Position numbers and translations under genes: made by a program. The notes beneath the pieces are model-generated. The model saw nothing but the letters and a program-made list of their open reading frames with translations. It did not search any database and was not told the DNA's origin. Positions 24,599 to 38,325 of a stretch of 64,000 nt of DNA are shown in pieces. The stretch lies in assembly GCA_050084515.1 (NCBI GenBank), contig CM114271.1, forward strand, positions 45,508,001 through 45,572,000, in the 5' to 3' direction. The DNA comes from Blasia pusilla. Lineage: Eukaryota. Numbering within the stretch: the first letter of the stretch is position 1; every line of letters starts with the position of its first letter.

Positions 24599-27500
24599 CA
24601 CTAGTGTGCCTTTATTAAGACGTTTCTTCTTTAATTATCCCGTTGGCACATGTCAAGTAAAGAGGTGTTTGGAAATCAAGAAGGCACTCTCAAAAAATAA
24701 TATAAAGTATACTTTGTTGATATTTTGTCCTATTATGCTTGTATAATTGGCCATTATAGTAAAGATTTTTGGGTCTTTCTATGTTACGAGGATTTACTAT
24801 CATGGGAAAATACAAGGGAGACCTAATTTGGTTGGTAGGGATCCTAGAGGAAATGAAAATGTTTGGGGGAGTAGTATTGGTATTATTGGAGGACTCCATG
24901 ATGTTTTATTTAAGAAGTGGAGATTATTGAGTAGTAGGGAATTAATGGAAAGGAGGAATGGGATGTTTAAGAAGAACTTACACCGCTCTTTAAGTGTCAA
25001 TAGTGGTCATCGTAGCATAATATTTTCTTTTAACAATTTTAAAAAAAGTCCTTCTTTATGTGCATAGCATGTGCTCATTAACTAGTAGACAATATAAGAG
25101 AAGAAAATAGAGTTGTAGGGTTTAACATCCAAGAAAACATAAATGAAAAATTCTATAAATAAATTTTCACTAAAATATGTTATTGATTATGAAATTTGCA
25201 CACCATATAACAATCTTTTGCATTTTCCCTTATTAGTATGAATGAATAAATTATCTCTCATTTTGCCAATCCCCCTCTTTCAACTAAGATTAGATAAAAA
25301 AATTAATATTGTTGAAAAATCCATCCACACCAATTTTTTTAAAATTAAAATCAATTTCATCCTTTTTAAGAATTATCGTGTTTCCACTCTTCCATATTTA
25401 TCCTTTCTCATTTTTCCAAAAGAATATTTAAATTCCCCTCCATGCTAAACTTAAAATTAAAAATCTTAACTTTTCTACCTAAACATTTTTAAATGGATTT
25501 CATTTTTTAAATAGAAAAATCAAATGAACAGGAGGGATATTTTAAAAAAATTCAGAAGGATTGCAAAAAAAAAAATAGAAAATTCTAATTCTAATTTAAA
25601 CCTATTTTACATTCAATTTTTAGCTTAGTGTAGGGTATATTATAGGGTTTAAGAGCTTCATACGCTCATTTGGAGCTTCTCGGCCTTAGCCAATGCAAAG
25701 CTTAATATGAAGAACTAATTTTAAAATTTTAGCACCTAGCACTAAATGTGTGATCCAAAGCCTTCTTGTGTCAATGCAAATTAGTAATATACATGTTTGT
25801 GTGAAATAATTGTATGGAACTCGCGTGTGTTCGTGTAATAATCATGAGTCAAATTTGAAATCAAGTAAGGTCCAAAAAATCAAGGACGCAATATGTGAGA
25901 GTATTAAGGGGTTTCGTTTTTTTTTGGCGTAATGGGATACATGTTGAACTCAAAGTGGATATAGAGAACATGTGTCAAAATTTGGAGCACTTGAAAATGA
26001 AGAACATGTCCCCAAATAATAGTATCCTTGTACTCTTTTTCTTGCCACTTTACTTACAAAATTAATGCAAGGTGTTAAAACCCCTATTAGACTCCATTTA
26101 CTCTCTATAAATATAGACTAGTTATATTCCAAGACATTGCCATGTGTATGTTATATGGAAAATGAGTTGTGAAACATAACGGTTTCTAAATCATTGAATA
26201 ATAATCAAGCCTAATCCACCATCAATGTGAGGAAATCTAGAAATGATTCACCACTAGTAGCACCTTGCCCTAGAAAATGCTTAGAAAGCTTAAATATTGA
26301 AAGGTGAGTCTCTCTAACCCTCCCCTTGGGATTTATCCCTCTCCAAGCCTATAAAGCTCCAAGAAAGTAAGTTGCGCTCAACCTTCACCCCAACCTGCAC
26401 AATAGGTTATTAACTAATCAAGAATCTCCATGAACACTTCAAGAAAGCCCAAAAAGGGTGGCTTGTATCCACATGTCACCAAGGAAGGCCAATAGCTTAC
26501 TCCTAATATCTCCATCTTTATCTAACTATATATATCAGCCCTCCAACATGTTGCACTATCTATGTCATGTGCCTACTTCCTTGAATGTTGGTGTCATGGT
26601 AGAGAAGATGTAGAGCGAGATAGTATCGAAGCCTTAGAGGGGTCTTGTACTTCCCCATTTTTAGAGGTCATATACGACGTATACTTGTGAGGCGACCTAC
26701 GAGTGTAGGTCAATCTTCCTTTATGAGGAGTGACAACCTTTGAAAGATTGATTCTCCCATCCTTGGTGTGAAGCCACTTGGGCCTATAAAATTGAGGGTT
26801 AGTTGGTAATTGGTCTCATGAGAGGACCACATATGTAGTTTATTTACAATTGGGACATAATTATCGTCCTTCAAGAACTGTATCCAAGGGTGGCATCAAA
26901 TATGCCATATCATCATAGAGTTCAACCTCTACTTGTCCTTGCTCGTTCATGAAGAGATCCCAACCTTGAGCTTTGCAAGTAGAAGACTTGGGTTGCGAAT
27001 GTAAGACTCAACCAATCATGTGTTCCATATGTAGTCAAGTAGGACTAAATGGTTTCAAGTTTTTCGATGTGGATAGTGTCTCCCTAGAAAGGCTCATCCC
27101 CAAGCCTCAACCAATCTCTCCAAGTACCTCTCTTTAATAAGGAGTGCATTGATTATTTCCTCAAGTTGTGTCATGGACGGTTACTTAGCTCAAACCTCTA
27201 ACATAGTCAAACACGAAACATGGTTAATCTCTTGTTCTAAGACTTGAGCGGGTAGGAAGTGAAAGGATCCTCCCTTACAGGTACTTATGGGGTTCTTTGA
27301 GGCAAGCCCACCCTTATTGTGATCCATTTCGGGCCCTTCGTTTTGGCCCACAATCCCAAACGTGGTTTGTGACTTGTGGACCAGTGCTTGACTACTTAAT
27401 CCCCAAGATGCCATGAGATAGTCTCTTGTTAGACCCTCTATATCCTAACTTCCCCCAACACATCTTAGAACCTTAACCCACGTTTCATACATATGATAAC

Positions 27501-28512
27501 TTGTGCCCGGTTTGACTCTCAGTGTTTAGCGTCTCATGGTTGTCTTACCGCCCTTTGTGTTTCTTGACTAGTCTTATGACGTCTCGCCCTTTTTTACCAC
27601 TCCTCTTTTCCTTGCCACTCACCCTTGCTTAGAACTTAGATCAAGGGTCTTACACATTTCTTGGCTTGCCCTCATCCTTGTGAGAGTTAAGGGTTAGTTT
27701 TAAGATGTATGCTTGTTTTGACTAGTGTTAGTCTTGAGGCCAATTCTACTTCCCTTCCTAGTCTTGCGACTAGCTAGTCTAAGTTTGGACTATAATGGGT
27801 CACACCAAGTTCAGTCCTCATTTGAACCGGAATCATGACTCACTTCTTGGATCCCCGCTAGCGTGGGCACCATAGACATAAATTTTCAATGCTTAGGACA
27901 ACCTCTTATAAGCAACCATTACATACCAAAATTGTGATCACCCCTCATACTAACCCGCACAACATGCACCTAAAATATGATGGAACCACTACCAAACTTG
28001 AGTTCATCATACCATCCATGTTGCGAAAGTGAAATTGCATATATTTGCACTCATGGTCCTTCCACACCATACCATCATGGGCCTCCAACTTACTAGTGGC
28101 CATTTGTTAAGATAAATCACCACTAGTAAGTGTGCCACCTATTCATATAGCCAAAAATAGGGCGAGAAGATAGCCAAGGATGCCAACCAAATGAAGTGAT
28201 AACCTATAGCCAACCATGACAACTATAGGATTCTATTTCCCAATATATTGTCCTTGTTGCAAACTATATTTGTGTCAACTCATCTTCATCGTCCTCTCTC
28301 CATTCCTCGACAATAGAGGTACTAAAAGGATGAAGAACAAAACGTTTGGATAAATATGCAAGGAAGCTAGGAAGATGGAGCAATTCTCCATTCGTGCGAA
28401 AGGCCAAGTATGGAAATCAAAGGGAGCCCTTCCCTTCCCTTTTGTAAATGGTAAAAAATGATGAACATTGTCCAGAGGGTTCAAGAAGGTCCCTTTGGTC
28501 TTCTTGAACTAA

Positions 28513-28726
28513 TCTATATAATTAAAAGAGGATGGGGTTTAAGAAACCCTTCCTTCGGTGTTGACACCTATACCTTTTACCCTCCTCCAATGTTATTTTT
28601 AACTAAAGAACTAAAATAACAAGCCATAGACTTAAAATCTATTCTTTTCCCTCACATGCAATGACTTCATGTTTTCTTTCCCTCACAATTATTTTTCACC
28701 CGAGTGTAGCACGGGCATTATGCTAG
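28513..28726 (+). mobile_element. Short non-autonomous Helitron
   Basis: A|TC 5' end (TCTATATAATTAAAAGAG); imperfect subterminal hairpin CCCGAGTGTAGCACGGG (28699-28715); CTAG|T 3' end; no TSD. Confidence 0.8.
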
Positions 28727-29157
28727 TACTCGTTTATAACCATTGCTATGCGTGGAGCCAATGATCAAGCTCTCCAAAAGACTTAAAAAAAGTTTGTATG
28801 ATTGCTTGAGTTATTAATTTTTTTTACCGCCCACCACACGTTTGCAAATCGAGAAAACGTACTCCCTAACAATAGAAATAATGTGTAAAATACTAATACG
28901 AATCTATATTAGCATGGGAGAGTGCCTTCTTGATTTGCAAACACCTCTATGCTTGACATGCGACAACCGGGCAACAAGAAAATGTTTCTCCTTACAAGAG
29001 CAACAACAAAATGTTTTCCATTCTATGGGCAACACATTTTTTTTGCAACGTTATTAGTCCTTTCACTCCCGTATATTTCACGGGCTGCCCACTAGTATAT
29101 TTTATTACACGAATATATCTTCCCAATTTTTCCCAAATATTCACCAGTGTCAAATTA

Positions 29158-29483
29158 TCCATACAATTAAAAGAGGGCCGAATTTGAGAAAATCCTGTCC
29201 TCTAAGGGTTTCTATGGTATTGGCACATGTCAACTTAAGAGAGAAAATTGAATTAAGAAAAAACTAGCGTAACAACCGTGCATAGCACGAATGAAAATCA
29301 CCCGCGCATAACACCCCGCTTCTTAATTTAAATTAAGCAGCTCTTTTCTACACATATCGTCACTTTAGCAAATGACATTACATACATGTCATCATCTAAA
29401 GAGGACGGGTCCTCGAACCTCTTTTAATTATATAGATAATAAAAAGAATTGAATATCGCTCACATAGCCTGGGCACGGGCTAG
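29158..29483 (+). mobile_element. Short Helitron interrupted by a second Helitron
   Basis: 5' A|TCCATACAATTAAAAGAGG at 29158; 3' decayed hairpin and CTAG|T at 29480-29483. Confidence 0.6.
29264..29436 (-). mobile_element. Short non-autonomous Helitron (minus strand), nested
   Basis: Minus strand reads A|TCTATATAATTAAAAGAGG ... CGTGCTATGCACG hairpin ... CTAG|T; inserted at an A|T dinucleotide. Confidence 0.8.
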
Positions 29484-29755
29484 TTTCTTTTCTTCGGTTA
29501 GAAAAGAAAACATTCCCACTCGTTTCTGAATTTTGTCATTCCACTTTATGCCTTTATCGAGGGCCTACATTCCGCGATGAATAAAGGCCTTCAAAGTGCG
29601 TTGAAAGCCGGAAGCAACAGCGGAGAACCCTCTCATTCCCTCCACTGCGCTTCTCAGCCCGTGCAGCGAGGGACGAAATCGGCTGTGTGCAATGGATATG
29701 GCTGGAGATGCGGGCTGTCGGTGAAATCGGGGACTCGTGCGTGGAAAGGAAGGAA

Positions 29756-29791
29756 GGAGGAGGAGGAGGAGGAGGAGGAGGAGGAGGAGGA
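29756..29791 (+). repeat. (GGA)12 microsatellite upstream of the EDRF1-like ATG
   Basis: Perfect GGA x12, about 315 bp before the start codon. Confidence 0.95.
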
Positions 29792-30106
29792 ACGAGAGCA
29801 TCGCTGCGGCAACCGACCGCACCGGTGCTTCGTGGGAGGAAGAGCGGAGAATTGGAGGAGGTCGAGGTTGTGCGCACGGGGAGGAGATTAGGGAGAGGGT
29901 GGGAGGAGGGAGGGTGCTGGAAAGATTGGGGTGGTGGCGCGCGAGGGATGCCGGGCTGGAACGATCGGATGTTGCAGGGGCGCTCGGTTGTGGTTCAGGA
30001 GTGGGGGATCGGTGGCTTTGGGTCGTCGGTGATGGTGGGGCGCGTGTGAGCGATGCAGTGAGGGTTTAGGGATCTTTCGGGGAGGAGGGGGGAGTGCGTT
30101 GGGGAG

Positions 30107-33100
30107 ATGCAGACGCCGGTGATCGCCGATCGGCAGCAGCAGGTGTGGCCGCTGCAGGCCCATCCGCCGCAGCGCCAGCTGGGGCAAGTTCAGGTGGTGC
30201 CGCCGGACGCATTTGTGGCGAGTATGCATGTGCAACCATCGGAGCCGTTGCAGCTTGGTTTCATGTGTGGCAGCCTCCCTGTGCCGACAGTCAGCCCGCC
30301 GGACATCACCAGCACCAGCAATTGTACCACAGAAGCCGCTCTCATTCCTGCCATCGGCCTTCAGACCCAACGGTGCGCTTCTGGTCCTGCAATTCCTGCA
30401 CTCGGGTTCTTGCCGGCTGGCTGCTATCCTTGGGTGTGACAATTTCTAGGATGTCTGCAATGACTCTTTTGTTGGTGACGATGTTGCAGGGCAGCGGCTC
30501 CGCGGTACCGAGTTCTGCCGACCGAGACAGATCTCAACATGCCGCCTTCAGATAGCTTTCAGGCAGAGCCGAATTTTCCTGTGGCCGCCTCTCATGAAGC
30601 AGCGGGTGGGTTACCTCTTAGAAACTTTAAACCTCAGTGTCCTCCTACATTTTCCAGCAAGCAAGACTCGTCATTTCAATTTTTCATGAGATTCACGTAC
30701 GTTTGCTCTCCTACTGCGTGGCTCTGCGTCACGGTCCCTAGTTGATGCATTTGAGTGTGCCAAGATACATTTCCCCGCCCCAGTTATTGGGGCAATTAGC
30801 TCATTTTCTGTGTTGATCCTGCTGCACGCGAGTGGGCTCTGCCCTCACAGCCTGTGACAGGGTGGCTATTTTGTTTGAAATTGCTCGTAGACAACTTGAA
30901 AAATTCCGTTCTGCTCAGTTATGTCATCCACCACCACTGTTAACTAGCAACAGTCTCTATGACCTTATTAGTATAGCTGCGAGAACCCTATGCGTTTATT
31001 AGTATAGCTGCAAGAACCCTATTATATGAAAACTGTCAAAGGCGGTAATTCCTGGAAGCCACCTCTGATGGCTACGGAGCCCATCTTCAACCTTGGAACT
31101 GATGGCAAACTCCATAAGAGATGCCTCTCTTTGCACTCGGAAATCAATGCAGATACATGTGGGATATGTTCAGTCATGCTGTCAAATGTGATGCTCACTT
31201 TTTGATTTATGATCTGTGTGGGCTCGTTTGTCAGGATTGTGCAAAGCCTGGGGTGGGAATTATCTGAGTCAACCTCTAGCAAGGAAGTGCGAAGCTCTTG
31301 CAGTCAACGCTCTTGCTGGTTATGGTGATGAGATTGATGTGGTAGCCCCGGTAGATATATTGAAACAAATATTCAAAACTCCATATTCCAAAGCCCGGAT
31401 ATCGGTTGCAGTCCATCGGATTGGTCGTACACTCATACTGAACAGTGGGTATGGTTTCCCCCCGTCATTCTTCTGAGCTTTGCGGGTGTTTCTTGGTTTT
31501 GGATGGCGGGGTAAAAAGAAAACTTAAATATGCATTTGAGATGTTCAAGTTGTGGAATGGTTGGACTTACCTCAATTTTAACATTGCAGGCCAGATGAAT
31601 GGAGGGACGACAGATCAGGAGCGAAAATAGCTAGGCAAAAGAAAAGTAACGCCAAGGCAATGGAAAGAAGCCTGTTCTCAAAATTTGTTCAGCATTCAAT
31701 GAATGGAGATTCTTTTGATTCGGCATTCTCTGCACATGCGGATTCAAAAAATTCTTCAAGTGCCCCTGGTTTCGAAGAGTTAGAGGACCATGAACTTCGT
31801 TGCCAGTCAAGGTCCAGGATGGCCACACAGCGGAAGGGTAAACAAAGGGGTTCATTGGGTCATTGCAGGCGCAGTAGATGTGGAGGTGGACTAGATACCT
31901 TACAGCAGAAGTCCCGATTTGTGGGTGAGCAGCAGAGGGAGACTGAATTTGTCCCAAATGACTGTCCAACAGAGGGCCCACAGAGGCCTCCTGAGGGATT
32001 TTTAAGAGTTCTTTTTTGGCAATTTCAAAATTTGCGAATGCTTTTGGGAAGTGACCTGCTTTTATTCAGCAATGAAAAGCACGCTGCTGTGAGCTTGCAT
32101 CTCCTAGAAATTGAGCGTCAGGTAGGATTTTGGACCCATCCCGAGTATTTTCTGTGTCTTTTCTTCTCCATGGTGAGCTTTGGATTTATTGGGTGATGCA
32201 TCTGTATGGTTCCTCCAAGTAAGAAACTGTTTCGAGCTTTGACTCATCTTGGGAATGTTGGCAGGTGACACCTGTGATGTGGTTAGATGCTTGGCTTGAC
32301 AATGTGATGGCCAGTATACCAGAGCTTGCTGTTTGTTATCATCGTGATGGTGTTGTCCAAGGTTATGAGCTCTTGAAGACAGACGACATATTCCTGGTGA
32401 AGGGGCTCGCTGAGGATGGCACGGCATTTTTTCAACCACATGTTGTTCAGCAGAATGCCTCCAATGTCTTAAGGTTCTTGCGAGACAACTGCAAGGAAGA
32501 TCCTGGGACTTACTGGGTATAAATATATCCTCTGTGTCCTTGACAATTTTATCACTTCTCATTTCAGCTGCAGGAAACAGCGAGAGCTAGTGACAACCGA
32601 GTTGATTCCTTTCCAACTCTCACTTACCTCCTTGTCATTCTTGAGTTGTGAACTACATTTGGAGGCTCCCAGGGCTCATTGCTAGTCCAAAGTCACCAAC
32701 TGAGGTTCTGTCTGCCTGTGTGATACTGACATTATGAATGGATGTCTGCAGCTCCTGAAGAATGCTGGAGAAGACTTGATGCAGCTTTTTGATCTTTCCG
32801 TGATCTCTAAGACGTATCCTTCTTGTGGGGAGAAGAAAGATAAGGATGGTGGCACACTACCTTCTACAAGAAACTGCTGCAATGGGCACTTCTCTCTGCC
32901 TTTGGCTATGCTTCTATATCGCTTAACTCACCGACTTTCACGATCTAAGGTATTGGAGGAATGCCCAACCGGTGCACTTCTCTGGTGAAATTCAAATCTG
33001 TCTTCATAATTGTCATGTGTGAGTTTGTGATACTGAGGCTGATGGATTTCTTTCCTCTTGAACAGGACCCAGCGGACAGGCGCAAATGTGCAAAGCTATT

Positions 33101-36100
33101 TGGCAAATGTCTGGAGTTTATGGATGAACAAGAGCATTATGTAAGGATAAGCTTATATCAAGCATGCAACTTTTTACTTCTGAGCTAAATTCTTTTTCAT
33201 TGGGAAAGAACTACAAGCTTCCCATATCTGTGGTTCTTTCTGCCTTTTCATGGACGTACAATAGATATGGACGGGAAACCACATATGTGATCTGATGGAT
33301 GTCAAATTGGAGTGATTATTTGAAGACATGATTTTTTTTCCAGCTAATGAATTCATTTCTCACGGTCTACAGATTATCCGTGCCTCAGCCCATGAGCATG
33401 TTGCCAGGCTTATTCTTTCTACTTATGAAGAAACTGGAGCATCTTTGAAGCCATTGTTACTGAAGTCTAGTATGACTAGTGGTGCAGTTGGAGGGAAAAC
33501 AAACCAGGGTGTACTTGAGCTATCCTGCTCTGTCCAAGAACCTACTGGAGATGAGGTCACTGTCTCGAGTCATGACGTACTGGAAGTTTGTAATGGAGAA
33601 GACTTAAGAAGCCATGATACCAAAATGTCTGACACATCTGTTGATGGAGAGGCACTTTCACTTGATGGGTTGACAGCAATGTCTCATCCTGAAGAAATGT
33701 CCATTACTTCGGAAGATTTAAGTACTCAAAAATTGCACGGATCACTGGTTGCCTGCGCGACAATGCCAAGCAAAAGCTGCACAGAAGCCCAGGTACCGAT
33801 GACTGTGGAAGAAACTCCCATTCCTGCCAGAGAGCCACAAAATGAACTTGATTTCCTTTCTGCAGCCTACTCTTTACCAAAGTCGCTGTGTGCTCTGACA
33901 GATCCTGTATCTGCCCGTCTTGAAGCAGTACACCATATTTCTCAGGCAATTAAAGCCCTGAGATGGCAAAGGCAGCTACAAGGTGTGGAAGAACATCCAC
34001 TGAAATCTGGTGGCACTTTTACTGAGCTGCCAAGTATTCAACAATTGCCTCTCTGTATATGTGGAGAGGTAGATTGTGTTGCAATTTGCGACTTCAAGGA
34101 AATTGGAAAAGGTGCCCAGATGGATCAAAAGCTTTGGCGCCTTATGTGGCTTCTTGGTGATGCCTATCTTACGCTTGGGCACGCATATAAGGATGAGGGG
34201 CAACTTAGCAGAGCTTTAAAAGCGACAGAGTTAGCTTGTATGGTATGTGGGTCGATGCCTCAAGTGAATGATAACCATACTCTCAGCCCCCAGAGTCACA
34301 AAGAAGGTGATGGTCTGTGGGATGGTTCCAGTGCGTCTCAGAAGGAGTCTCCAGATGTTGGTGGCGAGCTTTTGAGGCCATCCTCTTGTGCCAAATATTT
34401 CCAAGTAAATGGTGGTGATACTCCCAGCACAAGTCGTCCTTCAGTGCCCAAAGCTCGGCATTATCAAGAAGGTTCTTTCTGGGGGCAATTGTGGACGTTT
34501 GTGGGAGACATCTATGTGGAGATTCAACGCTCCCTTGGTGAAGGTGATGTTACATCTCTTGAACAGGGTTCCCAATTTGAGGAACTGACCATGACACAGG
34601 AAGTAATGAAAGAGGTTAAGCGCCTGAAGAAGAAAATTGGGCATCTAAGAGGAAGTTGCGGAATATGTAGTCTGACGAGTTGTAGTTGCCAGAGTGACAG
34701 GGCAAGTAGTGGAGATAGTGCCAGTAGCTGTAGCAGTAGCACCTTTAACACCAAGTATGGGCGCAAGCAAAGCAAGAAGTCAAAGTCAAATTGTAGAAGC
34801 GGAATGAATTTGGGTGGAGATGTATGGAATGATTTGACAGAGACAGCTGCTGAAAATGAAAGGAGACCGGAGAAAAAATCAATCTCAAAATCTAAGGAGA
34901 AGTTGAGTTCTCAGAGAGTGTATGAAGTCTCTGAAGACCTTGACATAACTCCCCCGACTCCTCAAATCTCTAAAGAAGTTCCAGAAACTGCTAGCAAGGC
35001 TCCCAGTGACATCTTCACATACTTGAGGAGACCTGTGATGGTGGATTGGGAAGCAAATCTTTCAGCTTCGGTGGACTGCTACTCTGCTGCAATAGGTTCC
35101 TTTTCGGGGGCTTCTGATGGTTCTGTAGACCTGGAACTCACACAGCGGAAGAAAGGGTGGGCTTGTAATGAACTTGGGCGCAAGAGGCTAGCTCTTGGGC
35201 AGGTTAAGTCAGCAGAAGTTTCTTTTGCGAATGCTATAGAAGCTTTTAGGGAGGTGAAAGACTTGACAAACATTGTCCTCGTGCATTGCAATCTTGGTCA
35301 TGGTCGAAGAGCAGCTGCAGAGGCTATGGCAGCTAAGCTAGCAGTTTGGGAAAACACTGATTTTGTTACCCCATTCCTGAAGACCATTGCTGAGGCCAAG
35401 TTTTTATACGGAGAAGCATTGAAGTATTACGGGAAGGCCAGGGGGGAGCTTGTTGGTGGAGGAGAGGAATTGGAGCGTGCCATGGGTGGGCTGTGGAATG
35501 AAGTGCATACGCAGTTGGCACATACATATCTGAGACTTGGCATGCTTCTGAGTAGAGAAGATAGATTTGTCTATACATGTCGTAAGACTAGCGAGAGGGG
35601 ACAGCTTGGGAATGAGGAGTCTCAAAACAAAAAATCTGGGATTAAGGATGCTACTTCTACGAAAGATGCTATTACAAAGGCTCTTGTCATTTATGAATCT
35701 TTGGGAAAGTACCGGGCCCAAGAGGCTGCATTTGCCCAGTACCAACTTGCATGCCATCACAGGGACTCTTTTATATGCATTGCCACTCAGGTGGATACGT
35801 TTGGTTTGAAGAAAGTTGATACATCAAGCTTTCATAAAGCAAAACTGCATGTTTCTCTTGCAGAGCTTTACTGGCAAAAAGCTCTAGACTTTTACCAACC
35901 AGAAACACATGCTGAAATGTTCCTGGATATCTTGATGGAAAGGTCCGCTCTGTGTTCAGTCATGGCAAGTTCATTTCATCAAAATCAGGTTAGTACTGCT
36001 AGATCTTGTTTCCTCTTGAAAGAAATATCTGTTTTGACCCTGGTGGTCCCTGTTTGACAGGGTAGTCATGATGTGAGTTTTAACTGCAGTGAGTTGCACT

Positions 36101-36567
36101 ACACATCCTGGATGTAGAACTGTGTAAGTCTTTGGTCTAGCTGTCACATGGCTTTCTCTCTGACGAGTTGTCATTATTGTACGCAGATGATGGAACAAGC
36201 ACTTCTGCTTCTTCTTGAAGGTCGCAGAGTCTTTGTCTCCAAAGCCAGGGGTCACGAGAGTGAAAGCCTGAATGCAGATAGCGTAAAAGAAAAACCCCCT
36301 AGGAATGTGGTTGAGAGGCTGACCAAGCAGGTGCAGATGTTGCTAAAAAACATGCTGGCAGCTGCAATGATGTTGAATAAACCCTCCTCCAGTGCCAACT
36401 TCTTGAATAGACCTGGGAAGAACAGTGATACTGATGTGCATGGGGACACGAAAACTTACATGATCAGGACTGCGGATGTCATGAAGTTGAAGGAGATGTA
36501 CAGAGTGATTCTACAATTACAGGACGAGCCTGATTTGGAGCTACTATCCAATCTGTGGATCTGCTAA
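30107..36567 (+). CDS. EDRF1: Erythroid differentiation-related factor 1-like protein, 9 exons
   Basis: Exons 30107-30372, 30490-30605, 31235-31448, 31590-32121, 32265-32516, 32752-32949, 33066-33140, 33373-35988, 36187-36567 in consistent phase. Motifs GFMCGSLPVP, APRYRVLPTETDLNMPP, LKQIFKTPYSKARISVAVHRIGRTL, MLLGSDLLLFSN and WLDAWLDNVMASIPELAVCYH match plant EDRF1 proteins; TPR-like C-terminus. Confidence 0.9.
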
Positions 36568-38084
36568 GAATGGAGGGAGGGAAGTTGAGGGGATGTTTCA
36601 TCTGACGTCTACATGCTGCCTGCATCCATAGCATCTGACCTCTTCATACACACAGAGCTGGGGCGAACTTAAGCACTTCGCAGTATAGGAGACTGCCTCC
36701 AATCCAAGAAAGAAACCGCAGAGCAGATTTTCCTGAGAATATCACCACATACAAACAGCAAGAGACATGTGAGTAACCCCTCTAGTATCTGTAATTAGAA
36801 AGGTGAATACACTCACTACTCACCAAAATTGACATTTGTGTTGTACATTGTGGCTCTGGGGTGCTTGCCATTGTCTTCTCGTCTACAATGTCCAGACAGC
36901 CTCTGTCCATTTCTTCCATCTGCTAGTCTTAACTTACCATCGCAAATGCATGTGTGGAAGCTGTTCCATCACAATGAGTTCTATTCTGTCACCTGATCAT
37001 TATTGCAGAGCAAGTTATCTCGATGGCAGCCGAATTAGGTTTCTGTTTGGGGATTAGGCCATGCTTATTCCTCTTATTCGAATGGCTATCAATGCTTCAG
37101 TTAGGTTCTACCAACTTATAGAGTCTGGCATGTGACCCAAGTTCAGCAGGATGAGTGCTGATGAGATCAGGGTGTATGATTGTAACATGGCTGTGTCCAC
37201 TAGGTTTCATGAGTCAAACCTCAAATCCACGAGGCTATGGGAGTCTCCAAGTTCCATCAGAGGACCTCAAAATTGGCAAATCATTTGGTAATGAGCTTCA
37301 TTCAGTGTGATCGGATGGGAAGACAATTGTGGAGATTACAAGGGGGATGCAATGGAGCAAGGGTCACTCAATGTGAAAGGAGTCGTGTTTACCAACTTGC
37401 AGTTATCACCAACAATGATGTGGTGGTTACAACACCAGGTAGAACTCATAGAAGAGAACATGTTAACCCCAATTTGGCAATACAACCATGAATGGAAACT
37501 TCAGTGAACTTGAGTGGCATAAATGTATTGTGGTCACATAATGAGCAATCCAATCTTTTGCGAAGAATCAGCTCTATGTTGAAGAGTTTTTCTTTAACTC
37601 TTGAAGCCGTGAGGGCACACAATATTTTGTTCTTTCTTTTCTCTTTTTGGAATCAGTTACAAGTTTTACAACAACTGCATGAGAGTTTACCACTATATAT
37701 GGATTCTCAACCAATGAATCCCAAAAACAATTCTGGTAGAATTGATGTATTGGGAACTTCTATGAGAATACTATGAATAGAATGGGTAGACATCAAAGAA
37801 TATTTGTCGAGTCTGTTCATGGTATTCATCTTTAGTGCATTTTGATCTATAGTCAAGAACTTTCTTATCGCTAGATAGATTTTCACATGTAGAGAAGTCC
37901 ATTCATGATTATACATAGTAAGCTCTTTTCTATAGTTGCAATACATTCAATCTTCCATGTGATCTTTTTTATTTTCTTATTCATTTTCGTGAAAGGTGAT
38001 TATGTGACTCTTGTAAGCATGTTTTTATAGAATTCTATTTACAAATTTTGGTGTGATTATTTAATTACCAAGGTGGTCATAATT

Positions 38085-38325
38085 AGATAACTCTTCCAAT
38101 CAGCAAGTCACACTTCCCTGTTATCGACGATGCTCAAATCTCCTCGATGTGCGATGTGAGTCCAGTGGTACGGTGGGGCACTAGCGGCACGGAACGACTA
38201 CAAATTAAACAACATGACACTCAATGATGGAATGCGGCACTCAACGGCATACCTTCCTCAATCAGCAAAAAATGTTATGTTCCCCAATGATGGTGCGGTT
38301 TTACAATTGAGACGGTGCGGTGCAC
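38085..38325 (-). repeat. Inverted, diverged fragment homologous to the LTR-like region at ~59517-59760
   Basis: The reverse complement shares colinear blocks: TGCACCGCACCGTCT, ATTGAGGA.GGTATGCC...GAGTGCCGCAT, ATCGAGGAG.TTTGAGCA.CGTC and TGACTTGCTGATTGGA.GAGTT.TCT. Confidence 0.8.

Noticed and set aside
29554-30069. ORFs with poly-G/E/R/P/L tracts
   Set aside because: All are translations of the (GGA)12 microsatellite in the GC-rich EDRF1 leader.
30851-30861. Possible 11-nt micro-exon in EDRF1 intron 2
   Set aside because: Exons 2 and 3 already join in phase; including it would shift the frame.
36836-37776. Short ORFs downstream of EDRF1
   Set aside because: No motifs or coherent exon chain; probably 3' UTR or decayed sequence.
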